This document shows, piece by piece, positions 52,621 to 64,000 of a stretch of DNA of 64,000 bases. Position 1 is the stretch's first letter; each line of letters starts with the position of its first letter. The translations under genes and the position numbers were made by a program. Origin of the DNA: Octopus bimaculoides (Eukaryota); assembly GCF_001194135.2 (NCBI RefSeq), contig NC_068997.1:22460082-22524081 (forward strand). The letters are read 5' to 3'. Below the pieces are notes generated by a model. It was not told the origin of the DNA. It ran no database searches and saw only the letters and a program-made list of their open reading frames with translations.

Positions 52621-54230
52621 AACAAGAACGACAAGAATATGAACTAAATGTGTTGAGAATATAAAGAAAAAAAATTCAAAAATTAACCAAAACAAAGCAA
52701 GAGGAGGAAGCAACTATGAAAGAATAAATGGATAGAAAGAATAGAAACAAGTTTAAAAGAATAATGTAAAGGAAAGGGGTAAGGAAATTAAAGATAGAAA
52801 TACGACTATGTAAAGAGAAAATAAAATACACCAGGGAAGTAGAGAGTTAAATATACAAATAGAAAATAACATACATAAATAAAGAAACAAGGAAATCGAT
52901 TATCTATAAAAGAATGACTCAAAGAGCAAAAGGCATTTAAAAATCTGTGAAAACATTTGCAATAAAATTGTTATTGTAGTTTAAAAATAGTAATGTGAGA
53001 CGACATTAAAACTGAAATGATTAAAAATAAAGTCATAAAGTAAATGTTTTAGGGAGTTTGAAATTAATTTATATTAGAATTACTAAAAAGGGAAAATAAA
53101 AAATATAACAAGGCAATCCCTGAAAAAAACACTTCTAAAACAACCAAGGAAATCGATAGAATGTTATGTGTGTCTAATGACTAAAGGAGTGCTGGAATGG
53201 AAGTAGAGAAACATTGAAGGATGTTTGAGTTGGGAGAGATTGAGAGGGATAGAGTGAAGAAGGATGGATTGGTGTAGAGAAAGAAATGAGTAAAAGAAAG
53301 AATTAAAGACAGGAAGGACGAAAGATGAGGAATAAAGTGAGAGATGAAACAACGATGACTAAAGGCGGAAAGGAATAGAAGCAGAAGAAATTGAAGGATG
53401 ATTGAGTTGGAAGTTATTGGGAGGAAATGAGGAAGGAACGAAGGATAGACATAAAGGAAGGAGGTATTGAAAGAATATAGAAAACAAGAATGAAAAGAAA
53501 AAGAGAATGAAAGTGGTGAACGAAAGGTAGATTGAAAGAAAAGAAGGAGAATAAAATTAAGTCATGAGAAATGGAGAGGAGAATATCGACAAATAGAAAT
53601 GAATGAATGAAAATGTAAATGAAAATCAGACAAAAAAATGAAAGATAGAAAGAAATTTAAGGAGGCGAGGAGGAAATAAACGGAGACAGAAAAATGAGAG
53701 AACGAGGAAAAGGAAGAATAGAGAAATAAAGAGAGAGAGAGAGGAGGTAGGAAATGAGATATGACACTATATTGATAGTTGGAAGGATTGATAAAGATGA
53801 AAACAGTATTGAGGAAATGAAACAAAGTAATATTTAATAGAAAAGAAGTTTTAAAAATATCAAAAGGGGAAAACCATCGGAAGAAACGAGGAAGAAGACA
53901 TAGAAAAATGCGATATAAAAAACAAAATGGCGGAAGTAATGTCAGTAAAAATATGATATACAAATGATAAATGAAAATGTAATATAAAAACATGATAAAC
54001 ACATGAAAAATAGAATCTGAGATAAAAGAATGAAATATAAATAAAATGTGTGGAAGAAGAACAAAAAGAAAGAGAAAAACAAATTGAGAAGATATAAGAG
54101 AAAGGAATGGTAAAAGATGAAGAATGGGTCAAAAAAGTGTGAGGATACTTGAAGGAATTTAAAGAACAGAAGAAAGATGAGACAAAAATATGGCAGAGAT
54201 AGTCAGAGATGGACAAATATTGCATTGTGT
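52620..54230 (+). repeat. About 1.6-kb purine-rich low-complexity tract
   Basis: The plus strand is dominated by A and G with no fixed period. The minus-strand track ORFs rich in F, S and L are its shadow. Confidence 0.8.
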
Positions 54231-54644
54231 GACTGTTTACTATATCATAGACTATGATATCATAAAAGACGATTTTTGAAATAATATTTGCAGCACAATC
54301 GACGTAAGATTTAAGAGTTTTATAGTTTATACAGATGTATACCTGTAAAAGTACACACTAGTTAATATTATTGTATGATATACGGGAGATAGAATATAGG
54401 ATGTAAATCTAAATGATACACACACTCTAAAACACACGCGCACGTACAAATACAAAGATGAATACACACAAATACACACACAAACTCAAACACACGCATA
54501 CACACAATCACCCCCCCCCACACACACACACACACAGATGCATTTGTGTGACTCTTGTCCTTATTAAATTGACCCATATTATGCACACTGAAAATCTGAC
54601 ATGCAAATTATTTCTTCACTTTCGTTTTCTCTCTATATATATGT

Positions 54645-54713
<69 letters not shown>

Positions 54714-55509
54714 ATTATTTAATAGACACTATACATGTATTCATGTGCTACTAATAGTGTCATATGTTGAGAAATACCTCAAATATGTTCATTAGGATGA
54801 AATCACATATAACGAACTAAAAATTGAATGAGAGAAGAAACGCAATTGAGAAGGAAGATTATAGTAAACGTGGAAGGTTAAAAAACGGAAAACGATACAG
54901 TAAAATGTAAAATTGATAAAATTGGTAAAAGAGTTATCCTCCGCATTAAATTATAAGGTTGCAAAGATATCAACAAGTTAATCAAGTATGGGCAGAATTT
55001 TCCCGTTCTTCAGAATGTATTTAGACATATCTTTACAACTGCTGAAAATTTCAGACCCAGAGATCTGGAATGAGTTAGGGATCTTAGATTTGAAAAGGAT
55101 CTGAGGTCCTTCAACTAAATATAGCTTACATTTATTTGATGCGTTAATATGAAGTGTGAATTTTTAAATTGACTTCCATTAAATCACATGTGGTGTTGTG
55201 TTTCATCTCAGAATCACAATTTAAATCAACCCTCTCCCTTTCATTCCCAAATTTTTCATCCCATATGCGACGTGTCAATGTCTTTCTGGTTTCTTCTCTC
55301 ATTTCTTATCTCCATTGTTTAATCAACCATTTGTTCGCTTTCAGTATCTGTTATTTTTATCATGTTACCTCTGTAAACTCGCCACTCTCTTTTCCTCTTT
55401 TCAACATTATTTTCTTGCTATCAGAAGGATTTTTCAGGGAGACTGACCGTCACCCCTGCTTTCTGCCTTTCTCTGATCCCCGCCAACAAACTTGTTATAC
55501 GAAAGCACC

Positions 55510-55965
55510 ATAGGTTATAGGTGCTACGGACTAAAAATAAGCCACCTCCTGTACATGGATGATCTAAAACGTTTCGCTAAAAGCACCATGGAACAGGGAA
55601 ACCTTATCAAATTGTTCAGAGTTTAAGCAATGACATCAGAATGATATGGGGCTGGACAAATGTGCCACAGTCACACTGACAAGAGGCAAACTATTCTGCA
55701 CTGAAAACACTGCACAAATATCTCTAATTTCTGTGTCTATGCCGACATAGACACAGAAATTAGAGAATTAAACCACAACCACCCACACAAATATCTAGGA
55801 ATAGACGAAACAGCTAAAATACAACATACAGAAATGAAAGAGAAAATGAGGAGAGAGTATTAAAGATGACTTAGACTAATATTAAACACTGGACTTAATG
55901 CTAAAATAAGAAGACAAGAATAAACTCGCCAGCCATACCAGTCATAAGTTCCAGTTATATTATGG
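55510..55965 (+). mobile_element. R4/Dong-like LINE reverse-transcriptase fragment
   Basis: It reads GYRCYGLKISHLLYMDDLKRFAKS (YMDD catalytic motif), then SNDIRMIWGLDKCATVTLTRGK, HKYLGIDE and EMKEKMRREY*R*LRLILNTGLNAK. Confidence 0.88.
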
Positions 55966-56117
55966 AAAACTATAAAACAGACGCATTGAATAAGTACCAG
56001 GTTTAAATAAAAATTGTTGGGGTGGATTCCATCCGCTAAGAATTCATCAGAGAAGTTCCCCACCATGGTTGTAGTCCAGTGTCCGAGACAAGATATAAAC
56101 GATAAAGATTTGCATCA

Positions 56118-56161
<44 letters not shown>

Positions 56162-56912
56162 NNNNNNNNNNNNNNNNNNNNNNNNNNNNNNNNNNNNNNN
56201 NNNNNNNNNNNNNNNNNNNNNNNNNNNNNNNNNNNNNNNNNNNNNNNNNNNNNNNNNNNNNNNNNNNNNNNNNNNNNNNNNNNNNNNNNNNNNNNNNNNN
56301 NNNNNNNNNNNATATATATATATATATATATATATATAAACACATATATATATATATATCATAGAGAACAGAAATCACTTCTGTTGAATAAAATCTCGTA
56401 TTGTTCTTAAAACTGTTGTATTTTATTTCCTCTAATGATAGACAAAAAATAGGCTAATAGCGAAGTGGATACAACATGATACGCTCCAATGTAATGGGTA
56501 TCCTCAGATATCGACTCATCGCTACGCAATAATTCTATTTACGCACTGAGAGTGAATTCAGAACGTTAGAGATTTTCAAAAAGATACAAATTGTGTAATG
56601 TAATATAAGATTTAACTAGTGTACGATAAACATCTGCATGTTTATGTGTGAGGGGTGGTGGATTTATGTATGCGTGTGTGTGGAGCGGTTGTATGTGTGT
56701 GTATGTGTGTGTATGTGTGTGTATGTGTGTGTGTGTATGCGAAGTGTATGGACTCAGAGATATGAAACATCTTATTACATAAGTATGTAAATTTATTTCG
56801 TTTCGGGCGAATTTAGTGAGATACATGAAACTTTTACTCTTTTCTAAAACACAAGACATATATATATATATACGCATACATACACACCCACACACATATG
56901 TATATATATATG

Positions 56913-56978
<66 letters not shown>

Positions 56979-57039
56979 CAGACAAATTCAAATACACAGA
57001 CACGCAGGAAGTAAATAGACACCTTTAATTTAATTTTCA

Positions 57040-57450
57040 AAATCTTTTATTTGATATTAATTGGTTGAAGGAGAAGTTTTCTTCTAGCTGCTCGTCCATA
57101 ATACACAAGCTTATGCAGATATGTAACACATGTTCTTGGACTAACTTCTAGCTCTTTTGCAATGTCAGAAGCCTTTGAACTGGGTTCGTTTTCCACAATT
57201 CTCTTCAAACAGAGAAGCTTCCTTTCCGAGGGCCCAGGTCGGCCGGGACGAGAATCTGTTAATTATTTTCCTTGGCTTTTGAATTGTACCATAATTCTAT
57301 TAACAGTAGCAAGAGGAATTTGAAGATTTTCGGCAATTTTTCGCTGGCTAAGACCAGCCTCAGATTGCCCAACAATACGACCTCTTTGAAAATCTGACAG
57401 TTCTGCTGAATTTTTTGTGCCTGGCATGGTTACCATTCACAAATGTTTAA
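57040..57450 (-). mobile_element. Tc1 transposase N-terminal (paired-like HTH) fragment
   Basis: ATG at 57427 gives [119 protein letters not shown]. The GRPG motif is present. Confidence 0.9.
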
Positions 57451-57534
57451 TATAATGACACATAGAATGGAAAAAAAATACTCCAGAGATTTTGAGCCGT
57501 TCTTGACTTTTACTTAGGCACGTTTTCTCTCTGT

Positions 57535-57780
57535 CAAGCCTTGCAGGGTATTTGGCCATGAAGTGATTTTCCTCTCCATTTCTTCTTGAGTATCTTTTTT
57601 AATTCAGTTCTCATGTTGATTTTTGTCTCTCTGACACCCATCAGTGTGCCAGTGTAGGTTGCTTCTGTTTTGCATTTTGTCGTCTTGTGTATAGAGAAAA
57701 TCGTTTTCTTTTCCTCGTGTTGCTTTACGACATGCAGTAGTCTTTCAATATTCGTTTCTAAGTACTTTGCTAGTTCAAAT
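57535..57780 (-). mobile_element. R4/Dong-like LINE post-RT fragment
   Basis: Track ORF 57534..57857 contains ELAKYLETNIERLLHVVKQHEEKKTIFSIHK..LKKILKKKWRGKSLHGQIP, with the WxxKxLHGQ motif. The N-terminal part of that ORF is read-through from a SINE. Confidence 0.75.
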
Positions 57781-57784
57781 GCAA

Positions 57785-57872
57785 CTATAAAATAAGTGCC
57801 TGTTAACCATTGGGGTCGAGGTAATCGACTCATCAACTCCCTCGAAACTGCTGACATTGTGCAAAAAGTTTG
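57785..57872 (+). mobile_element. SINE family B, 3' fragment between a LINE piece and (CTA)n
   Basis: ATAAAATAAGTGCCTG..TGGGGTCGAGGTAATCGACT..TTGTGCAAAAAGTTTGAAAC. Confidence 0.65.
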
Positions 57873-57874
57873 AA

Positions 57875-57905
<31 letters not shown>

Positions 57906-57933
57906 TTACTACTACTACTACTACTACTACTAT

Positions 57934-58004
<71 letters not shown>
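57875..58004 (+). repeat. (CTA)n microsatellite, about 130 bp
   Basis: Run with two TTA interruptions. Confidence 0.95.
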
Positions 58005-59289
58005 TTTAAACCATATTTACTGAATCAAATTTCAAACTTAATCCACTATAATTTTCTTACAATCTCTAGTAATTTTATGTGTCTGCCAAACTTATTCACC
58101 TGAGAACTTATAGAATTTCATATTAAAAATATATCAGTACTTTTGAGAGATAAATATGTATAATATTCTTTTGCACAACGACGTGTAACTCTCAAGACAT
58201 AAACACTGTTGAATTATCTATTTGCTGACACGTGTGTTTCTATGACTGCATGAGTTCACGTGTGTTACATTGTCATCAAGGGATCCTATATCAAAATGCA
58301 GGGGATTTGATCCTAAAATCGAACTCCTGCGAGTTAACATGGGATCTCTTGACGGTAGTATAACCTTCATTTGACTAAGGTATCTTCGGCTAATGAGTAA
58401 CTAGCGGAGTGCCCCTCGTTGAACAATTATTACTTCCTAGGTTCTGCTAGTTACGAAACATGTAGCCTGGATTTTACCTATTCCATTCCCTAACTTTGGA
58501 TATACACCCCACACACACAAATTCTCTTCGCGGTGGATCTACATATACATGTGTATGTGCGCGCGCGTGTGTTTGTGTATTACTGTCAGTTTCTAGATCT
58601 TGTTATAATAGAAATTATTTAACATTAAACCGAAGGGCTATTCAATACTGTTTGTAGAGAACATATTTATTAGAGACTAACATGAATAGAAGTGACAATG
58701 ACTTCGAAGTTTCGGCTTGCTAGCCTACCTTGGACTGTAGAAAGTTATCTGGCTAATGGTGTGAGAAATATACATATATATATATATATATATAATTAGT
58801 TAATTTGTAATATAGAACGCAACTTCTGTTTAACAACAAGATATTTTTGTTGCCAACTTTTTTTATTCTTGGCAGAATTACGAGTCAACATAGTTACCAA
58901 TTCTTTTGTATATTGATGTATTCATTCATAAGAAAAACTTGGTAATATCAAACAATGAGATCCATTGTCTATAGGCATTATTTATTTTCTGTTTCCTTAA
59001 ATAAGACTTAAACTGTAAAGACCAAGTTTGTATTTAAATTTGAAAACATATAGCTGTCCGTCTTTTCTTTCACTAGAACCTTACAATGCCATTTGGCTTG
59101 CCAACGTTTCCTCTATTGCTTAAATCCTACGTGTGCCAACCGTCTTGTTTATAGAGGATACTTTCCTACCTACTATCTTTCTTAATGATCTATCCACAAT
59201 TATTCAGGCACAAACGCACACACACGTACACACATATATATCTGCATTTATGTGGAGAGGGAAGTGTTGCTTTGTTGCAAGTTTGTTGA

Positions 59290-59590
59290 AATGTGGGTGA
59301 ATGTTGGAAGAATGGCCAGTGTGAAAGGACCAATTCTGAGCATACATCAGTGAGAAATAAAAGAAGGGTTCTTGCCCTGTTGATCCACAAGGACCTTAAA
59401 GCGCCTCCCCTACTAGGAGTTATTTAATTTGTTTAATTTGTTATTGTTATATATATTGATTACACGGTGTAAAACCCATTGTGTCGTCCTGTTTTTGTCT
59501 TTTATGTTGTTGCTTGTCATTTAATGTTGTTTAATGTGAGACTCGGTGGCTAATAAAAGAATTTATTATTATTATTACCATTATTATCAT
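59290..59590 (+). mobile_element. Probable LINE 3' end with (ATT)n tail
   Basis: A short open stretch (ECWKNGQCERTNSEH..) is followed by a T-rich 3' UTR, AATAAA and TTTATTATTATTATTA. Clade not determined. Confidence 0.4.
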
Positions 59591-59960
59591 TTGGCGTTGC
59601 TTCGCTTTTTTTTTCTTTCAACGTTCAAGTGACATTATATCTTTAAGATTATTTTTCATGTTAACGCCACGATACATGTCTTCAGACTTTCTCTTATCCA
59701 AAGTGATTACGCTTAGATAACATATTGAATTCTGGTGCACATTATTCTGTGATAATCGATTTTGAATGCTCAGATTAAGTAGCACAAAGACAAACAAGAT
59801 GGTAACTTAAAATACAAATATATGCTAACCACCATACAACAGCTGCTGCCAAAATGCATTGGTCAGCTTCGAGCAAATCGAAGAGGTATTATTGAGGTTT
59901 ACTGTAAACACAACTGCGCACAACGACACCCATCTTATGTTATATAAACACGTACATATA

Positions 59961-60181
59961 CAGTAATGCCTCGACTATCGCGTGTGTTAGGTTCCAAAAC
60001 CCACGATAGGTGAAAATCCGCGAAGTAGAAACAGTACGATACTGTATATTTTTTTAATATTATTTTTATAATTTGTATATATTTATTTTATTATAAATGC
60101 AAAACAACACCACAAAGGAACCGATGTAAGCTAAAATAATAAACCGCGATAAGTGAAACGCGATATTGCGAGGGATTACTG
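59961..60181 (+). mobile_element. Tigger/pogo-type MITE, 221 bp, with TA target-site duplication
   Basis: The left end is CAGTAATGCCTCGACTATCGCG and the reverse complement of the right end is CAGTAATCCCTCGCAATATCGCG. TA flanks both sides (59959-60 and 60182-83). Confidence 0.9.
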
Positions 60182-60857
60182 TACAAGTATTACCCGTATA
60201 TATATAATGATAAATATTTTATATATACATTATATAAAGTATATATCTATTATACACCTACAAGTATATGCGTGTAGTATTTGCGTCGAGTCTCTGAGAG
60301 ACTGTAATCATTGATGAATACAGGAACATTAATTTTTCTGACAGACACATACACTCACACACAGAGAGAAGCCTGCAAGCGCGCGCACACACACACACAC
60401 GCACGCATGCACGCAAAAACACACACACAAGCACACACATATATAACCAAGGATAAACTCTTTATAAGATATTATGAAGTACACAGCATGTAATAAAACC
60501 ATATAGGTAACAATTAATACAAAATATTATAATTCTATAAATATAATTATAAGGGGACCAATGAGTAGCGACACATGCTAGAAATAGTCACCAAATGGTT
60601 CCAAGAACTACAATATTTACGCCATTAACACCTGTGTTATACTATAATGATAACAGTAAAGAGGCTTACATCTCTAAATTGAAATCGATCTATAGTTAAA
60701 CTCTTTTTTTAAAAACTATCTTATTTGTTCACTTCCTTCGGTTTCAACCCGTGCTAATGGGTTATTAATTTGTTCTTAGAGCCATTTGGCGTCTATTTCT
60801 AGCATGTAGCACTCATTAGTGTCCTTATTATAAATATATTTATATAATTATGTATTT

Positions 60858-60889
<32 letters not shown>

Positions 60890-61034
60890 CAAATACACAA
60901 TCACGTTCCTTTCTTTACTCAGCCAACTGAGTAGCCTGAAATATCTGTTTTTGCTTCCCTTTAGCCTTATTAATTTCTTTACAAGTATATATACATTACA
61001 AGTATCTCAAACAATTGTCTTATAGTCTTATATA

Positions 61035-61240
61035 TTGGTTTCTAATTTTGGCACAAAGCCAGCAATTTCGGGGGTGGTTTAAGTCGATTAAATTCACACC
61101 AATGTTCAACTTATAATTATTTCATCGACCACGGAAGGTTGATAGGCAAAGTCAACTTCGACGGAATCCGAAAGTAAAGAGGGACGAAATCCCGCAATTT
61201 ACCCGGCGTGTTAAAGATTCTGCTAGCTCGCCGCCCTTAT
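61035..61240 (-). mobile_element. SINE family B
   Basis: TTGGTTTCTAATTTTGGCACAAAGCC..AAGTCGATT..TTCATCGACC..AGGCAAAGTCAAC..GATTCTGCTAGCTCGCCGCC. Confidence 0.8.
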
Positions 61241-61414
61241 AAAGAAGCAAGGAAACCTCTATAATGAATCAAACTCTATATCTCTCAAACTACGCCAGAG
61301 CACTCTGTTTCGAGACAGATTCTTCAACCCGAACTTATGGCAGGACACTTAAGAGTAGACCAAGAACGAGATGCTTGCATAATGTATACAATTTCGGTTG
61401 GTTGGTCACGGTAG

Positions 61415-61474
<60 letters not shown>

Positions 61475-61717
61475 ATGATCTTCAAATAGGCAGATAACAT
61501 CAGTCGCCAACTCAAGCTTTGCCTTAGCTATGGACAAATACAGATGTTCGTGTAAGATTGCATGTATTCATGTATGTATGTAGGTACGTAGGTATGTATG
61601 TGTGTATGTATGTATGTATGTATGTATGCAAGTATTTGTGTTGTATATATCAGAATACATATATACATGCATGTGTATATATGAATATATATAAGTATAT
61701 ATCCAATTGTATATACT

Positions 61718-61750
<33 letters not shown>

Positions 61751-61817
61751 GTAGATGTGTGTGTGCGTGTTATATATATATATATAACACGCACACACAC
61801 ATATACGCACACACATG

Positions 61818-61871
<54 letters not shown>

Positions 61872-62129
61872 GAGAGAGAGGAGGGTGAGAGTGAGATAGA
61901 TAGAGATACGCATTTCCTCTGCTTACCATTATTTATCAATTAACCTGCTTTCCATCCAATGAGTAGTTTATGGTTATAAGTACCACGTGTTATATATCAT
62001 GAGCCAATTGTACGGTACATTCGATAATACGAGTAGCAAAAATATTTTATCTCAGCACTACATTAAGTGAGTGTGTGTGTGTACGAATATATCCATATGT
62101 GTGTGTCAGTATGTTTATGTGTATTCATG

Positions 62130-62168
<39 letters not shown>

Positions 62169-64000
62169 ATTTACATAATTAATAAAATTTATTTGACAAC
62201 ACCCATTCACACACATATTGAGCCAACAAATGACAAATGAAACTTGATATAAAGAAAAAAAGAAACTATTTGAATTGGATAAAATTTAACGTTTTACGAA
62301 TTTATTCTTTTGCATTAGTGTAGGCAAAACACAACTTTTGTGTTTGTATGTTTGTATTGTTTTATAAAATAATATACTAGTTTGTTTACATTTTTCTTTC
62401 TCCTTTTTCTTCATGCCCTTTTTCTTGGCTTAATATTTTTTTTCTTTTTGTAATATTTTCATCCATCATTGTCTGATTCCCATTCTCAGAAATGTCTCCA
62501 GATTGAAATATGTTGGTTTGCCACTCTGCTTATGGGGTTTCCGTTCCTCAACATTTTTTTCCATTTCGAAAAATCTACTTGCTTTTCATCGCCTTCAATT
62601 GCATTAACATTTTCAAGACTATCACTTCAGAGCCAAGTTCGTTTTCTAAATCTATGTAGTTATATTTTTCAGAAGTTTTCGTTGTTCTCATCTTCAGTCT
62701 CATTTTAATCTATCAAAATTCTTTAAACTGCTTCAGTGAAACTGAAGATCTTCGTATTTGTGAATTTCATATTTCAGGAAGGAAATTCTCTTGCAATTAC
62801 CATCACCAATACAGACTAACAAAAAGATTGTGCTTTTTCACACACTCTTTCGCATTTGTTTTGTGTTATTTCGACAGGTTTGTGGATTGTCAAATTCGAC
62901 AAAGCTTTTGACAAAATGGGAAGCAGTAATTTTCAACTATGTTTCAAAACTTTGAATTCAGATCTTGCCGAGCGGAACTTTGTTTTCCACCCTTCCTGAT
63001 TTCATGAAATAAAATACCTGCTAACGCAAGTTATGCAAGGTTGACTGTTGCTCACCATCCCAAAATTTCAGATCTCGAACTTAAAATAAGGACCCTTACT
63101 TAAGAAATTCGGTGTTGAAGCAAGCCATTGTCTTTGCTTAAAATAAAACGTAGTGAGGTGTAAATAGTTAAAAAACATATGCTTGCCATGGAACCTTCAT
63201 AAGATGATACAAGGGCGGGAAGTCTCAGTTTTCTGGTTTGGGGTGTTTCCCTTTTTTTAGACATGAGCTTGTCGACTAGTTAGAAGAAAATTAACCACAC
63301 ATTCCTATAACAAAAATAAAGAAAGAAAAGAAAAAATAAGAAACATGAGAAAACCCGGGAAAAACCCCCAAACCATTTCACAAACTCTCCAACAAATAAT
63401 TTCTACGAACCACCGCTCAAGATTAGTACTATATTTTATTAACATTGGTAAAATAAAAAACAAAGTTCACCTTGGGGCGGGGAAATTTAAAAGGGCCACA
63501 ACTAGATATTTCATTCATTTTAATTTGTTGTTATTTGCCTGCCACTTCTGCGAAGTCATCATCATCGTCCTGTGCGCACGTTTCTTTTCACTGTCCTTTT
63601 GTAATTCTTTCCTTATTCCTTCATTCTTTAAATCTTTCTTCCTTTCATGTATTAATTCTTTTCTTCTGCTGCTATTTGGTAATCCATCTGAAGTTTATAA
63701 AATGATTTCAGTGAGTCACATGTGTAAGTAATTGCTGGATAACGTGAAGATAACACATACTGGCAACTGTTTCTCTGGAGATATTTGGGCTTCCATCATC
63801 TTCTCTACTTTTAGACATTTTTAGACCACACACTATACGTTGAAAATGTCCTTCACCTCTTTTTACATTTTCGTTTTTTTATTCTTACTGATGTAAGAGA
63901 TAAAGGAAAATTTTAGATGAGTGAGGGAAGGCTTGAGTTGTCAGGGTAAGCTCACATCTTCACATCGTCTATCTATCCGACTTTCTTTCTATCAATCCTC

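Noticed and set aside
1-64000. Most track ORFs (YIYI, CVCV, HTHT, LSIY, poly-N/I/L/T/M and X-filled ORFs)
   Set aside because: They are translations of microsatellites or N-runs, not genes.
1-64000. CRISPR-like or other prokaryotic systems
   Set aside because: There is no repeat-spacer array, operon structure or bacterial-type ORF density. The DNA is eukaryotic throughout.

Overview
This is AT-rich animal genomic DNA from a gapped short-read scaffold. There are about 22 N-runs, almost all next to (TA)n, (TG)n or (TATC)n microsatellites. The SINE and MITE families match my recollection of Octopus repeats, so the source is most likely an octopod cephalopod; this is inference, not a database result. 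I found no rRNA, true tRNA gene, CRISPR array or intact long ORF, and nearly all ORFs in the supplied track are microsatellite or N-run artefacts. The window is mainly a fossil record of mobile DNA: three tRNA-derived SINE families (about 17 copies), fragments of at least five IS630/Tc1/mariner/pogo lineages, Tigger-, mariner- and piggyBac-type MITEs, and three R4/Dong-like LINE pieces. There is moderate evidence for a spliced minus-strand host gene of unknown identity, starting at a CpG-rich patch near 43.4 kb, with weaker candidate exons further down. The two most unusual structures are (1) a 206-bp segment copied in inverted orientation from about 1.8 kb downstream into the middle of a SINE, giving 153-bp identical inverted arms, and (2) a cryptic, degenerate five-unit 105-bp array at 15.7-16.2 kb carrying an ACTTCCG + TGATAA motif. 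I cannot claim a new biological system from this sequence alone.
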